64,000 nucleotides of DNA, taken from NCBI RefSeq assembly GCF_009914755.1, contig NC_060936.1; one strand, written 5' to 3'. The stretch comes from the human T2T-CHM13v2.0 reference genome, Homo sapiens. This document shows, in pieces, positions 44,862 through 64,000 of the stretch; position 1 is the first letter of the stretch, and every line of letters begins with the position of its first letter. The notes under the pieces are model-generated. The model saw only the letters and a program-made list of their open reading frames with translations, was not told the DNA's origin and made no database searches. The translations under genes and the position numbers were made by a program.

Positions 44862-45022
44862 GTGAGCAGTCAGGGGAGCAGGCAGACCCAAACTCCTCCA
44901 GCCTGGGCGACTTGTCCTTTGCAGAGAGAATTTGGACAGTGGCTGTAGCAGACAACCAGATGAGCAGGGGCTGGAAGGTTCTGGAACCTTCCTTGCTATC
45001 CCCATTCCTTTCATCCTGGTAG

Positions 45023-45174
45023 GTTGCCAACCTTAAAAAAACCATTAAAGTTACGACGGCAGCAGCAGCCGCAGCCACATCTCAGGACCCTGAGCAACAC
45101 CTGACTGAGCTGAGGGAACCAGCTCCTGGCACCAACCAGCGCCAGCCCAGCAAGAAAGCCTCAAAGGGCAAGGG
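45023..45174 (+). CDS. COPS7A: COPS7A coding exon 6
   Basis: [21 protein letters not shown]...KASKGKG; 152 nt. Confidence 0.95.
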
Positions 45175-45353
45175 GTGAGCCAGGGTAGCAGGAACTGCTC
45201 ACTTGCAGGGTGCCCTGCTTTTACCCCAGGGACCTCACTGTCCTCATTTCCTTCAGTTATTTGCATGGGAGTAGGGAGTGGGGGAGCCTCCAGGGGTTAG
45301 GGGATTCCCTGCATTCTCTCTCTCTCTCTCTTTCTCTCTCTTCTCCTTGCCAG

Positions 45354-45393
45354 GCTCCGAGGGAGCGCCAAGATTTGGTCCAAGTCGAATTGA
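45354..45393 (+). CDS. COPS7A: COPS7A last coding exon (LRGSAKIWSKSN*); 3'UTR to about 46220
   Basis: (CT)n polypyrimidine tract plus cag; total CDS 828 nt (275 aa). Confidence 0.95.
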
Positions 45394-46190
45394 AAGAACT
45401 GTCGTTTCCTCCCTGGGGATGTGGGGTCCCAGCTGCCTGCCTGCCTCTTAGGAGTCCTCAGAGAGCCTTCTGTGCCCCTGGCCAGCTGATAATCCTAGGT
45501 TCATGACCCTTCACCTCCCCTAACCCCAAACATAGATCACACCTTCTCTAGGGAGGAGTCAAATGTAGGTCATGTTTTTGTTGGTACTTTCTGTTTTTTG
45601 TGACTTCATGTGTTCCATTGCTCCCCGCTGCCATGCTCTCTCCCTTGTTTCCTTAAGAGCTCAGCATCTGTCCCTGTTCATTACATGTCATTGAGTAGGT
45701 GGGTAGCCCTGATGGGGGTCGCTCTGTCTGGAGCATAACCCACAGGCGTTTTTTCTGCCACCCCATCCCTGCATGCCTGATCCCCAGTTCCTATACCCTA
45801 CCCCTGACCTATTGAGCAGCCTCTGAAGAGCCATAGGGCCCCCACCTTTACTCACACCCTGAGAATTCTGGGAGCCAGTCTGCCATGCCAGGAGTCACTG
45901 GACATGTTCATCCTAGAATCCTGTCACACTACAGTCATTTCTTTTCCTCTCTCTGGCCCTTGGGTCCTGGGAATGCTGCTGCTTCAACCCCAGAGCCTAA
46001 GAATGGCAGCCGTTTCTTAACATGTTGAGAGATGATTCTTTCTTGGCCCTGGCCATCTCGGGAAGCTTGATGGCAATCCTGGAAGGGTTTAATCTCCTTT
46101 TGTGAGTTTGGTGGGGAAGGGAAGGGTATATAGATTGTATTAAAAAAAAAAAGGTATATATGCATATATCTATATATAATATGACGCAGA

Positions 46191-46196
46191 AATAAA
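46191..46196 (+). terminator. COPS7A: COPS7A poly(A) signal AATAAA
   Basis: AATAAA followed by GU-rich downstream sequence at about 46230-46260; upstream ATTAAA at 46139. Confidence 0.8.
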
Positions 46197-46412
46197 TCTA
46201 TGAGAAATCTATCTACAAACTACCCTGAACTGGGTATCTTCTGTGTTTGATATTTGTGGATGGGAAGAAGACTCATTCCCAATTCACTCAAGCACAGTGC
46301 TGGAAAATGAAGAGACCCAGATACTATTTGCTGAGTCCCTGGCTGAGGCCTAGATCCCAAGCCGTATGGCTTTGGACAGGTTGCTCAGCATCCATTCAGA
46401 AGTAATGGATAT

Positions 46413-48098
<1,686 letters not shown>

Positions 48099-48807
48099 GA
48101 TCCTAGGTTTTTGATTACAAATTGGCTAGGTAAGCTTGTTGTCCTGAGCGGGGCAGTCACTTAACGAAACCAGTCTAGGGAGCCCCATTTCAGGAGTTGA
48201 AACTCTTAGCTTCTCAGCTTTTCCCTAGACAAGCAAGACTTGATTCTCAGTCTCTGCCTCTGAAATAAACCCCTTCTTCCCACGCCCGCCAGTGTGTAAA
48301 AGCTGCTAACTCCTGGTGCTTTGAGCCTGTCCTGCCACCCCTGCCCGTGCTCCAATTTTCCTTTGAAACTTAGTATCACCTTTACGTGTAAGCTGGTCCC
48401 GGCTAATGGTGCCATAACTTCCCAGGCCTCCCTTATTCTAGCCTTTAAGAATGGCTCTCAAGTCCAATGTGGCCTAGGCTGGGACTGCCTGACTTCACCC
48501 AAAGAGGGAGGGGAAACCATTCACATCCCAAGGTTATGGGACAAAGACAAATGCCATTTGCCTTTGATTCACAGAAAGAAGGGTCTTGGCTGTGAAGGCA
48601 TGGGGAAAGGACAGTAGATTATTTGGGTGCTGGTGAGGATCAGTTTTTGACTGCGAAATTGGGTTCAGGATTTAGGGATTCCATGTGTAACCAGGCCCAG
48701 GGCACCAGGAGAATCTTCCTAACCAAGAATCGTGTCATCCACTTGCACACTCACGTGCTGATCCTTACTGGATAGTGATCTTGGATGATTTTAGGGCTGG
48801 TCACAAC

Positions 48808-49307
48808 AGTTAGTTATCTATTACTACGTAATAGATTACCCTAAAACCATGCCTTAAAACAACATATAAATATGATCTGTTTCTGTGGGTAAGGAATCGG
48901 CACGGCTGAGCTTAGTTTTCTGCTTAGGTTTCTCACAAGACTGGAGTCAAGGTGTTAGCTAGGGCCATAGTCCTCTCAGGGTTCAACTGGGGAGGATTTG
49001 CTTCCCAGCTCGCTCGGTGGTTGTCAGCAGGATTCGCTACTTCACAGATGGTTGGACCGGGGACCTCGTTTCCTGATTGACTGTTGGCCAGAGGCCACCG
49101 AGGTAGCCTTCTCCATCACAGCAAGAGCCAGAAAGACAACACCAGCAAGATGAAGTCACAGTCTTTTGTTACTTAATCATGGAAGTGACATTACCTCACT
49201 TTTACCAGTTACCAGGTCCAGTCTATACTCAAGGGGTGAAGGTTACACAGGGTGTGGCTGTCAGCAAGCAGGAATCATTGGAAACCATGTTAGAAGCTGC
49301 CTATCAC
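48808..49307 (-). mobile_element. MLT1-family MaLR LTR
   Basis: ttagttatctattact...gctgcctatcaca resembles the MLT1 reverse complement. Confidence 0.6.
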
Positions 49308-50016
49308 AGGCAGTTTTTCTGGGCCACCAGCATCAAAATCATCAGGGGAGCTTCTGAAAATGTGCATTCCTGGACCCCACTTCCACCCTTTTCTATTGAA
49401 TTAGAACCTCCGGGGTGTGAACTGGAAATGTGCCCTCATCACCCTCATTGACTCAGCTCTGCAAGGGCTCTGAAAAGGCTACTGCAGGGCCTTGGAAGAC
49501 ATGTAAGGGGGCCCAAGGTCACCGTCTGAGAGAGAAGGGAAAAGTGAAACTTTTGAGTACAGGGCAAGAGAGCAAGAGAAACTTGTCCTTTGAGGTTCTT
49601 AAGTACATGGTTATATATTACAAGTGTGATAAGTACTTTAAGAAGTATTGGGTGACACGAAAGCATTTAACTGGGATCTACATCTTGCTTGGGGTCAGAA
49701 AAGCCTCCAAGGACATGACCTTTAAACTGAAACTAGAAGCCCAAGTAGGAATTAGCCTGATGAAAGAGAGGGCGAGCATCTTGGATGGGAAGAATAGTGG
49801 GATAAAGGCCTGCAGGCAGAAAGGCTTCATTCTGTGACCCGCTGCCTGTCCCTCAATAGGAAATGCATAATTTGGGGAATGGGGCAAGATAGACAATCCT
49901 ATACTTACTGTTCATTTATCAGTCAATTGGCAAATACATCTTGTTTTTTGTTTTATTTTGCTTTTGAGACCATGTCTTGCTCTGTCACCCAGGCTGGAGT
50001 ACAGTGGCACGATCAT

Positions 50017-55370
<5,354 letters not shown>

Positions 55371-55449
55371 TTAGCCAGGCGTGGTGGCATGCGACTGTAA
55401 TTGCAGTTACTCAGGAGGCTGAGGCAGGAGAATTACTTGAACCTGGGAG

Positions 55450-56095
55450 GTGGTCTAGCAGTAGCGAAAAGTGTCAAGGAACAACACCCGCTACTTAGCA
55501 GACCGGGAAAGTGAGTCTCCTTTTCCCCGGGGGAGTTTAGAGAAGACTCTGCTCCTCCACCTCTTGTGGAGGGCCTGACATTAGTCAGGCTGGCCCGCGG
55601 TTATCCGGAGGCCTAACCCTCTCCCTGTGATGCTGTGCTTCAGTGGTCACGCTCCTAGTCCGCCTTCATGTTCCATCCTGTACACCTGGCTCTGCCTTCT
55701 AGATAGCGGTAGTAAATTAGTGAAAGTACTAAAAGTCTCTGATATGCAGAAATAATGGCGTAAGCTGTCTTTCTCTCTGTCTCCTCTCTCTCTCTCTCTG
55801 CCTCAGCTGCCAGGCAGGGAAGGGCCCCCTGTCCAGTGGACACGTGACCCACGTGACCTTACCTATCATTGGAGATGACTCACATTCTTTACCCTGCCCC
55901 TTCTGCCTTGTATCCAATAAATAACAGCGCAGCCAGACATTCGGGGCCACTACCGGTCTCTGCGCATTGGTGGTAGTGGTCGCCCGGGCCCAGCTGCCTT
56001 TTCTTTTATCTCCTTGTCTTGTGTCTTTATTTCTATGCTCTCTCATCACCGCACACAGGGAGAGACCCACCGACCCTGTGGGGCTGGTCCCTACA
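55450..56095 (+). mobile_element. 5'-truncated LTR13-type (ERVK) LTR
   Basis: Ends accgaccctgtggggctggtccctaca; AATAAA at 55916; tandem CACGTG at 55841-55855; 5' third absent. Confidence 0.8.
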
Positions 56096-56108
56096 CACAC
56101 CCAGCTAA

Positions 56109-56288
<180 letters not shown>

Positions 56289-56891
56289 TAGTCTCGAACT
56301 CCTGGGCTCAGGCAATCCTCCCTCCTCAGCTTCCCAAAGTGTTTAGGATTCCAGGTGCGAGTTGCCACGCCCTGCAGGAAATTTTCTATTTAAAGGACTT
56401 CTATGGTGAATCATTCCATACAGCATATTAGTATCATTTCTGTCAATCTAGGTTTTGAGTCCTGGCTCTCTCTGTGCTACTATCAGATAGCTGTATGATG
56501 TTGAACAAATCACTTCTCCGTTTCTTCAGAAGAAAATGGAAAGGGGGGTTTTGATGATATCTGGAATGACTGATAAGGGGCATCTGAATCATCTCCAACC
56601 CTGACATTCGGCTTTAGTATGTCTGAAAGCAGACCTACTGCCACATTTGGGAATTTCCAGAGCAGATGATCTCTAAGGTCTCTTTTTAAGTCTGAAATTG
56701 TCATTTATGACATATTTGGGCTTGCTGAAATTAAGATTCATCTGTATTGGGAATCGGCTTCTGTTCTTCCCTGCCATATTCCTTGTGAATTGTGAATTCC
56801 CCCACCTCAAATACATAACATCTTTATCTGAAGTCACCAGTGGTGCTCTAGGAACACAGCTTTGTTTACTTTCACCAAAGCATTTCCCATC

Positions 56892-57255
56892 TGATATGGT
56901 TTGGCCGTGTCTCCACCCAAATCTCACCTTGAATTGTAGCTCCCGTAATTCCCACGTATTGTGGGAGGGACCCGGTGGGAGGTAATTGAATCATAGGGGT
57001 GGTTTCCCCCATACTATTCTCGTGGTAGTGAATAAATCTCACAAGATCTGATGGCTCTATAAGGGGAAACCCCTTTTGCTTTGTTTTCATTCTGTCTCTT
57101 GCCTGCTGCCATGTAAGACGTGCCTTTTGCCTTCCAACATGATTGTGAGGCCTCCCCAGCCATGTGTAACTGTGAGTCCATTAAACCTCTTTTTCTTTAT
57201 AATTTACTCAGTCTCGGGTATGTCTTTATCAACAGTGTGAAAATGGACTAATACA
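56892..57255 (+). mobile_element. THE1-type MaLR solo LTR
   Basis: tgatatggtttggc...ggactaataca, 364 bp; 5-bp TSD ccatc/ccacc. Confidence 0.9.
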
Positions 57256-60200
57256 CCACCTCAGTGTCATCTTGGCTTTTCCCAAGGTATCTCTGCTCTG
57301 TTTCTTTTTTTTTGAAACAGAGTCTCGCTCTATCCCCCAGGCTGGAGTGCAGTGGCACGATCTCGGCTCACTGCAAACTCCGCCTCCCGGGTTCACACCA
57401 TTCTCCTGCCTCAGTCTCCTGAGTAACTGGGACTACAGGCGCCTGCCACAACACTTGGCTAATTTGTGTGTGTGTGTGTATTTTTAGTAGGGACAGAGTT
57501 TCACCGTGTTAGCCAGGATGGTCTCGATCTCCTGACCTCGTGATCCGCCCGCCTCGGCCTCCCAAACTGCTGGGATTACAGGCGTGAGCCACCGCGCCTG
57601 CGCTCTTTTAGAGACTCAGTCCCACCTGGACAGCTCTTTCAAGTCCCCCCTCTCTCCCATCCTCCAGTTTCATGGGCCCAAATGTCTCAGACCCCTCAGG
57701 TGCTTGGTTGGCCTCCTGGCCAGAGAACACTGACATCTTCAAGATGATGTTCCAGAAATGGCAAGCTCTCCAGGTGGCAGGTGACAGATGAAAAGGAGGG
57801 GGTGATGCCAGGAGAAACCAGGAGCAGCACCCTATTCCCACCCAAAAGATAAGGGCTTTAGGGAGGAAGAAGAGAATCTCAAGGGGCAGAGAAAGGCTGA
57901 AGGCTAACCCAGTTCGCCTCATCTCAGGGACAGTCCAGAGGGGCCTGAGCCCAGGTGGGGAAGCACTCTCTGCTTCTGCTGGTCCCCCAAGAGCTACCGT
58001 TTAAGAGCAGACACGGGCCAGGTGCAGTGGCTCACGCCTGTAGTCCCAGCACTTTGGGAGACTGAGGTGGGCGAATCATCTGAGGTCAAGAGTTCCAGAC
58101 CAGCCTGGCCAACATGGTGAAACCCTGTCTCTACTAAAAATACAAAAATTAGCCGACCATGATGGTGGGCGCCCGTAATCCCAGCTACCTGGAGGCTGAG
58201 GCAGGAGAATCGCTTGAACCTGGGAGGCAGAAGTTGCAGTGAGTCGAGAGCGTCATTGCACTCCAGCCTGGGCGACAGAGCAAGACTCCGTTTTAAAAAA
58301 AAAAAAAAAGCAGACACGGAGGCTAAGAGGGCTAAGAGTCATCAGCACACTCTACACTGGGGGGTTTCAGGGCCCCCTCTGTAGCAGCTCTGTCAGGCTT
58401 CAGCGTCCCAGGCTCCTCTCCCTCAGGCTATGTCAGCTCTGTGCCCCCAACACAGGCTCTCCAAGGGATGAGGCTGGACAGAGGCTTCTTATGAGAGCCA
58501 GCTACCAAGGTCTCTTCCCCATGCCCCAGCTCCTCAGTGATTTCTTTCACCTCCCAGTGCCTCCCATGCCTCACCGTCCCATCTTTATCTCCCCATCCTG
58601 GTGCAGCACCACCCGTTTCCTGCCTCTCCTCTCTGAAGACTCCAGTGATGTCTAAGAGTGAGAGAGGTTAAGACTGCTTTCTTCTTATCCCTAGCCCAAC
58701 CAGAATGGGCTGAGAGAAAGCATCTTTGACCCCTGCTGTTCCCTCAGCCCCTGGAATGACAGTCCCAGCATTGGGAACATAAAGGCAGGAAGGTATGTGA
58801 GTTAAATGGACTTGGAATATGCAGGCAGCAAGACCAGACTGCTGGGTTCTGTGGGCCAGCTTCTGGTTCTCTGGGTCACCTGTTCATGTGACTTGGACAT
58901 GAGGTAGAGGGTGGAGGAAAAAGGGTATTATTACTAGGGCCTGAGGCCATTACAATAGAAAGGGGGAAAAATCCCAAACCACAAACAGGGCAGGGGGAGA
59001 GTGGCCTCAGACATTTGTTTCTCTTTGCTGACCTGTGGGGCTAAGGTCTGGAGAGAGTGAAAGATGACAGCCAGGAGCTGGGAGGGTGAACGGCTGGGAG
59101 CTGTTCAAGATCAGTAGGATGAGATCCAGATCGTGTCTGGAAGTATTTTAGGGGTCCTGAGGATGGAGTGGGGGATGAGGGACCACCAGAGAACCCTGAA
59201 GGAGCAAGGCAGGGAGAGAGTGATCAGGGAGAAATACTAGCATGGAATGGTCATTTGTATCCCATGTGCATGTCAGACTCTCTGCACTCACTCAGGTCTC
59301 AGTTCTGAGGTATGACTCCATAGTCACCAGTGCCTAGAAAGGTTCATTTTACAAAATGGGGAACTGATGTTGCGAGAGAGGAAGTCTTTCCCACAGTGCA
59401 GCTGAGTGGTGGAGCCAGGTCTTGCTTGTGCGTGTGCATCCTGTCTCCCTCCTCTGTGTTATTCTGCTTAGTCACACACCTAGTGTCAGCCTCTTCCAAC
59501 CTGTAATGTTCTGGGGTGGAGAAAATAACCTGAGGCGTTTGCCCATGTCCTCTGGATACTCGCTGGGCCGGTGGCTGAGGGGTGGCTGTTGTGTGAGGCT
59601 GGGCCCAGATGGAGAGCTGACCGGAAGTAGAGTATCTGTGTCCCTCGGGAAAGTTCCTTTCCTCTTCCTCTCCCGTGGCCCTTACCCCAGTGGCAGACAG
59701 GTCAGGACGTGCTAGGGGGCTGGTTCTTGAGCATCTCACTCTACTGATGCTAACACCTCACTTCCCACAACATATCCCTGCTGAGAACTAGTCACAGGCC
59801 CCAGGAGTAAGTGCTGGGCTGAAGGGTGGTCCAAACCCTACAGCAGGGAGCAGGAGTACAAATCAGTTCACATGTCTAAAGGCTGGGACCTGAACAGGGG
59901 AGTCCCTGAAACACTGGACTGACTCACCTGGACTGAGGTCAGGGCAGCCTTACTCTGCCGCAGTCACACTCAAGACTACACATGCGCGTGTGGGCACTGG
60001 AACTAAAATCCGGGTTGAGAGGCTGGGCCTGATATTTTGTGGCTAGAAGGGCCCCACATAACTCAGGTCCAGGGAGGTGAGTGACCTGCCCAAGACCACA
60101 AGGCTGTCAGTGGCCGAGCTAAGGACTGAGGCTCCTTCAACTCCAGGTTACCTTGCTGCCTTCTCAGGAGAGTGAAGAAAACGACTCCCTTCTCAGAGGA

Positions 60201-60276
60201 AACAGTCGTGTGCTTATCTGGACAGGGCAAGATTACACTTAAAGATGAGGGCTGTGAAGCCAGGCGTAGCAGCTCA

Positions 60277-60429
<153 letters not shown>

Positions 60430-61557
60430 TCAGGAGGCTGAGGCAGGGGAATCTCTTGAACTGGGGAGGCGGAGGTTGCAGTGAGCTGAGATCACGCCAC
60501 TGCTTGGGTGACACAGCAATACTCCATCTCAAAAAAAAAAAAGATAAAAAGATGAGGGCCATGGCTGCTGAGTTCCATCATCCACAGTTCAGAGCCCAGG
60601 TGGTGGTGAATAATCCACACTAGATTGACTTCTGGGATTCCTGGATTCTTTCACCACTGGGTTCCCTTGACCCGGTCATGCATCTTCACCAGCCTAGCCT
60701 ACTTACTGAGATTTAGTAACTGCACTGGACTAGGACACCAGTGCCTGGTTGTTGAGCTCAACTTCATCTCTCTGCTTGTTGAGTCACTGGACAAATCCTC
60801 CTTATCCTCTTGAATCTACTCGTCCACGAGACACAGGGGAAGATCCTCCCTTCCCTGAGAGGACCCAGAGCCTTAGGTGTCTTTGTGTCCCTACCAACTG
60901 AAAAGAACTCAAGACTTTCATAAAGAGGAAACCATTATCAGACTCTCCTACACATTTGTCATCATTAAGTAAGTTCCCAAGAGGAACAGAGTGACCCATT
61001 TGGCTGGGCAAAGCAAGAGCAAACGTCTTGAGAAATTTGAGCTCCTCATGCCCTTCCAGTCCTGCTCAGGTTCCAGGTTAGTTTTCTTCTCTAGGCTCCT
61101 TCCCTGGGCTCAAATTCTCAACTACTGTGGGTGGAGGGTTTGTGGAACGCTGCAGACCAGAGTTCCTCCCCTCTGAAGGCCTGTGTAGGGTTATCTGAAG
61201 TGTTTCCACCCAGAGTGCAGGAAAGAAACTCTGTCCAAGGGGCAAGGGGCAGCAAGTTCCGCAGGCACCCATGAGAGATGCCCAACACATCCCTGAAGAG
61301 CAAAGTTACAGCAGAATGTGAGGGAAGAGCCAGCGAGAGAGGTGCTCATGTTCTCACGCCCCAGCCTAGCCCAGCCAAGTGCTCACGGCCTGCACCTGGC
61401 AGTGCTGATGGTCTGTCCGTACCAAGGAGATGTGGGCTTGAACTCTGAGGTACGAAGACTACAGGTGGAGACGAGGAAAAGTGAGAAGGTAACTTCAGAG
61501 GAGACAGCAGGGTTGAATTGAACAGGAAAAGATCAAAAGTACAGCCAGAATCCCACT

Positions 61558-62112
61558 TGGTCTTTTTTCCATTCTCCTTTATTCCATAAACACCTAGTTA
61601 CAAGTTGCACAAATCAAAAAATAAAGGCAGAGAAGGGTGTAGGGAAGATTCTTTTGATGTGTGTGGGCAGGAGGAGGGAGAGAGTTAGGAACCAGTCTGC
61701 TCCTTCCACAGCCCTAGATAGGGCTACGGCCCCTCAGTGGGGGCTCTGAGGAAGAGGTGGGCAAAGATCCAGGGTAGCTGAGGGATGGAGGGGGCCCCTA
61801 AACCCAGAGCTCACCCCAAAATGCATTGACCCTTCAATGCATGGCAGGAGTAGGATGGGAAAGGTGAGGGGGTTTGAAGATGGAGTGGCAGAATGAAAAA
61901 TCAAGTCAGTAGATGCAGAGGCGAAGTCATCAATGGTAAACCAGGAGATTAAAGAAGGAAAAGGTAGGGAAAGGGTGCCGTGAAAGGTTCTCCCTGAGAC
62001 CCCCAGGGAGAGGTGGGGGCCGGCTTGCCTGTTAATTTAATATTAAATTGGGGATGGGAATCGAGAGGAAAAAGTTATTCAGGGGATGATTTCTCAGCCT
62101 CTCAGCCTGTAC
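61558..62112 (-). other. MLF2: MLF2 non-coding terminal (3'UTR) exon
   Basis: Acceptor CTCTCTTTCCCCCTCCAG| at 62113; upstream donor GTAAGT at 62334; 3' end approximate. Confidence 0.8.
61578..61583 (-). terminator. MLF2: MLF2 poly(A) signal AATAAA
   Basis: tttatt on the + strand at the end of the 3'UTR exon. Confidence 0.8.
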
Positions 62113-62359
62113 CTGGAGGGGGAAAGAGAGAGGAGCACAAGTCAAAAGGAAGAAAAAACTTACGTTAAGAGCCAGGAGTTGGGGTTTAATCCCCTATGTC
62201 AGTGAGAACATTGTTCTCTTTCCATGTCAACTTGTACTACCAAAGGCAGCTCCTGCGGGAGCCTGAACTGAGCCTGCCTTGCAGCCGAGGACCGTCCGCA
62301 GGTGCACCCCACCCTCCTTACTCCTGATACTTACAAGAGAGGCTGAGGGCCCGGGGCCC

Positions 62360-62547
62360 TCACCAGTCATAGCGGCGGGACTGTCGGGAAGGGGAGTCCT
62401 CAGGTCCCTGGATGGCCAGGCGGGGAGGCCCCTCCGCCCTTCGTCCCCCAGCCCCTGAGGACTCAAGCCGCCGAAACTCCAGGGGACGCTGCTGCCGGAA
62501 TCGGGAGGTCTCCCGCCGCCACTCGTCATCAAACGCTGCGGCCTCAC
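62360..62547 (-). CDS. MLF2: Myeloid leukemia factor 2, last coding exon ([12 protein letters not shown]...SRRYDW*)
   Basis: TTCCAG acceptor; 188 coding nt; exon continues to 62335. Confidence 0.95.
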
Positions 62548-62922
62548 CTGGAAAGGACAGAGCGGACATGAGGCCTGTGTGCGGCCTGGCTCCTGGAGGC
62601 CGATGTGCGAGCGAGCCACAGCTTTTCGGGCCAAAGCGGCGAAGGCTGAGTGTGCGTGCAGGGATGGGTGGGGTGGCAATTCCCTTAGCTCTTTTGGTTT
62701 CTGCACGGTCCCAGGAAGCCACCGGTAGGCGTAAGGTGGCCTACTGGAGGAAGAAATCAGAATGGGATTATTCTTCAGTTCAGGTTCACAGTCCTATGTG
62801 CACACTAGGTACTTAATAATTGCGGATTTGAAAAAGATAAAGAGGGGAGAAAGAAACGGATCAAGGTGGAGAAGGGTGTAACACTATCAATACGGAACTT
62901 CAGGGACAAAGTAGGCCCCTCA

Positions 62923-63623
<701 letters not shown>

Positions 63624-63741
63624 CTATACCATCTCAGGATAAACACACCACACACAACCCAATCCGGAAAAAAGCAGCCAGGGTTTCTGGCGGTGCCGCT
63701 CAATCCTACCTTCTCTGGGACAGGAGGGCTCCCCAACTCAC

Positions 63742-63870
63742 CCCGCCTGGTGCCGAGCGCATCTCTGATGTCTCTTGGTAGACCTTGGGGGCACCATCAC
63801 CCGTATTGGAGTAGGAGATGACAGTGGAAGATGAGAAGGTCTGGCAATTGCCTCCAGCTGTCATGTGTTC
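63742..63870 (-). CDS. MLF2: MLF2 coding exon ([10 protein letters not shown]...SAPGG); upstream exons lie beyond the window
   Basis: 129 nt; CTCAG and GTGAGT boundaries. Confidence 0.95.
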
Positions 63871-64000
63871 CTGAGGACAGGGTAGGTAGGGGAGGGCTGA
63901 ATGGGGAGGCATCACCCCTGGTGAAGGGATTTCACCCTTCAGCTGCCTGTTCTAGCCTGTATCTTTCTCACAAAATGCAAGAACTGAAAAAACATCAGGC

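Noticed and set aside
45172-45178. In-frame stop at the COPS7A last donor (GG|GTGA)
   Set aside because: Automatic consequence of a phase-2 GTGA donor; no other supporting signal.
46156-46169. Palindrome atatatgcatatat in the COPS7A 3'UTR
   Set aside because: AT-dinucleotide low complexity makes such palindromes common.

Overview
Human/primate genomic DNA with gene order ZNF384 (5' end, minus strand), PIANP (minus), COPS7A (plus) and MLF2 (3' end, minus); from recall this is 12p13.31. I reconstructed exon structures from splice signals. PIANP has 5 coding exons (282 aa) and COPS7A has 7 coding exons (275 aa). The window also holds the last 3 coding exons and a non-coding 3' exon of MLF2, and only 5'-UTR exons of ZNF384. 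About half of it is retroelement-derived: dense nested Alus, two LTR12C solo LTRs, a truncated LTR13, THE1, MLT1, MER58, and L1/L2/MIR remnants. Most entries in the ORF track are Alu, LTR or GC-rich artefacts. The most notable unexplained structures are: (1) a 61-bp templated insertion copied from PIANP intron 1 into an Alu 4.2 kb away; (2) a 30-codon PIANP uORF whose stop codon exists only after splicing and whose peptide shares PRTPPAPA and RSRR with PIANP itself; (3) a U6 pseudogene split by LTR12C; (4) two LTR12C promoters pointing at COPS7A, with a terminal-exon-like triple poly(A) module in between; (5) an Alu/LTR13 microhomology deletion junction. I cannot claim a new biological system from sequence alone. 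These are testable candidates, and repeat family names come from recalled consensus sequences.
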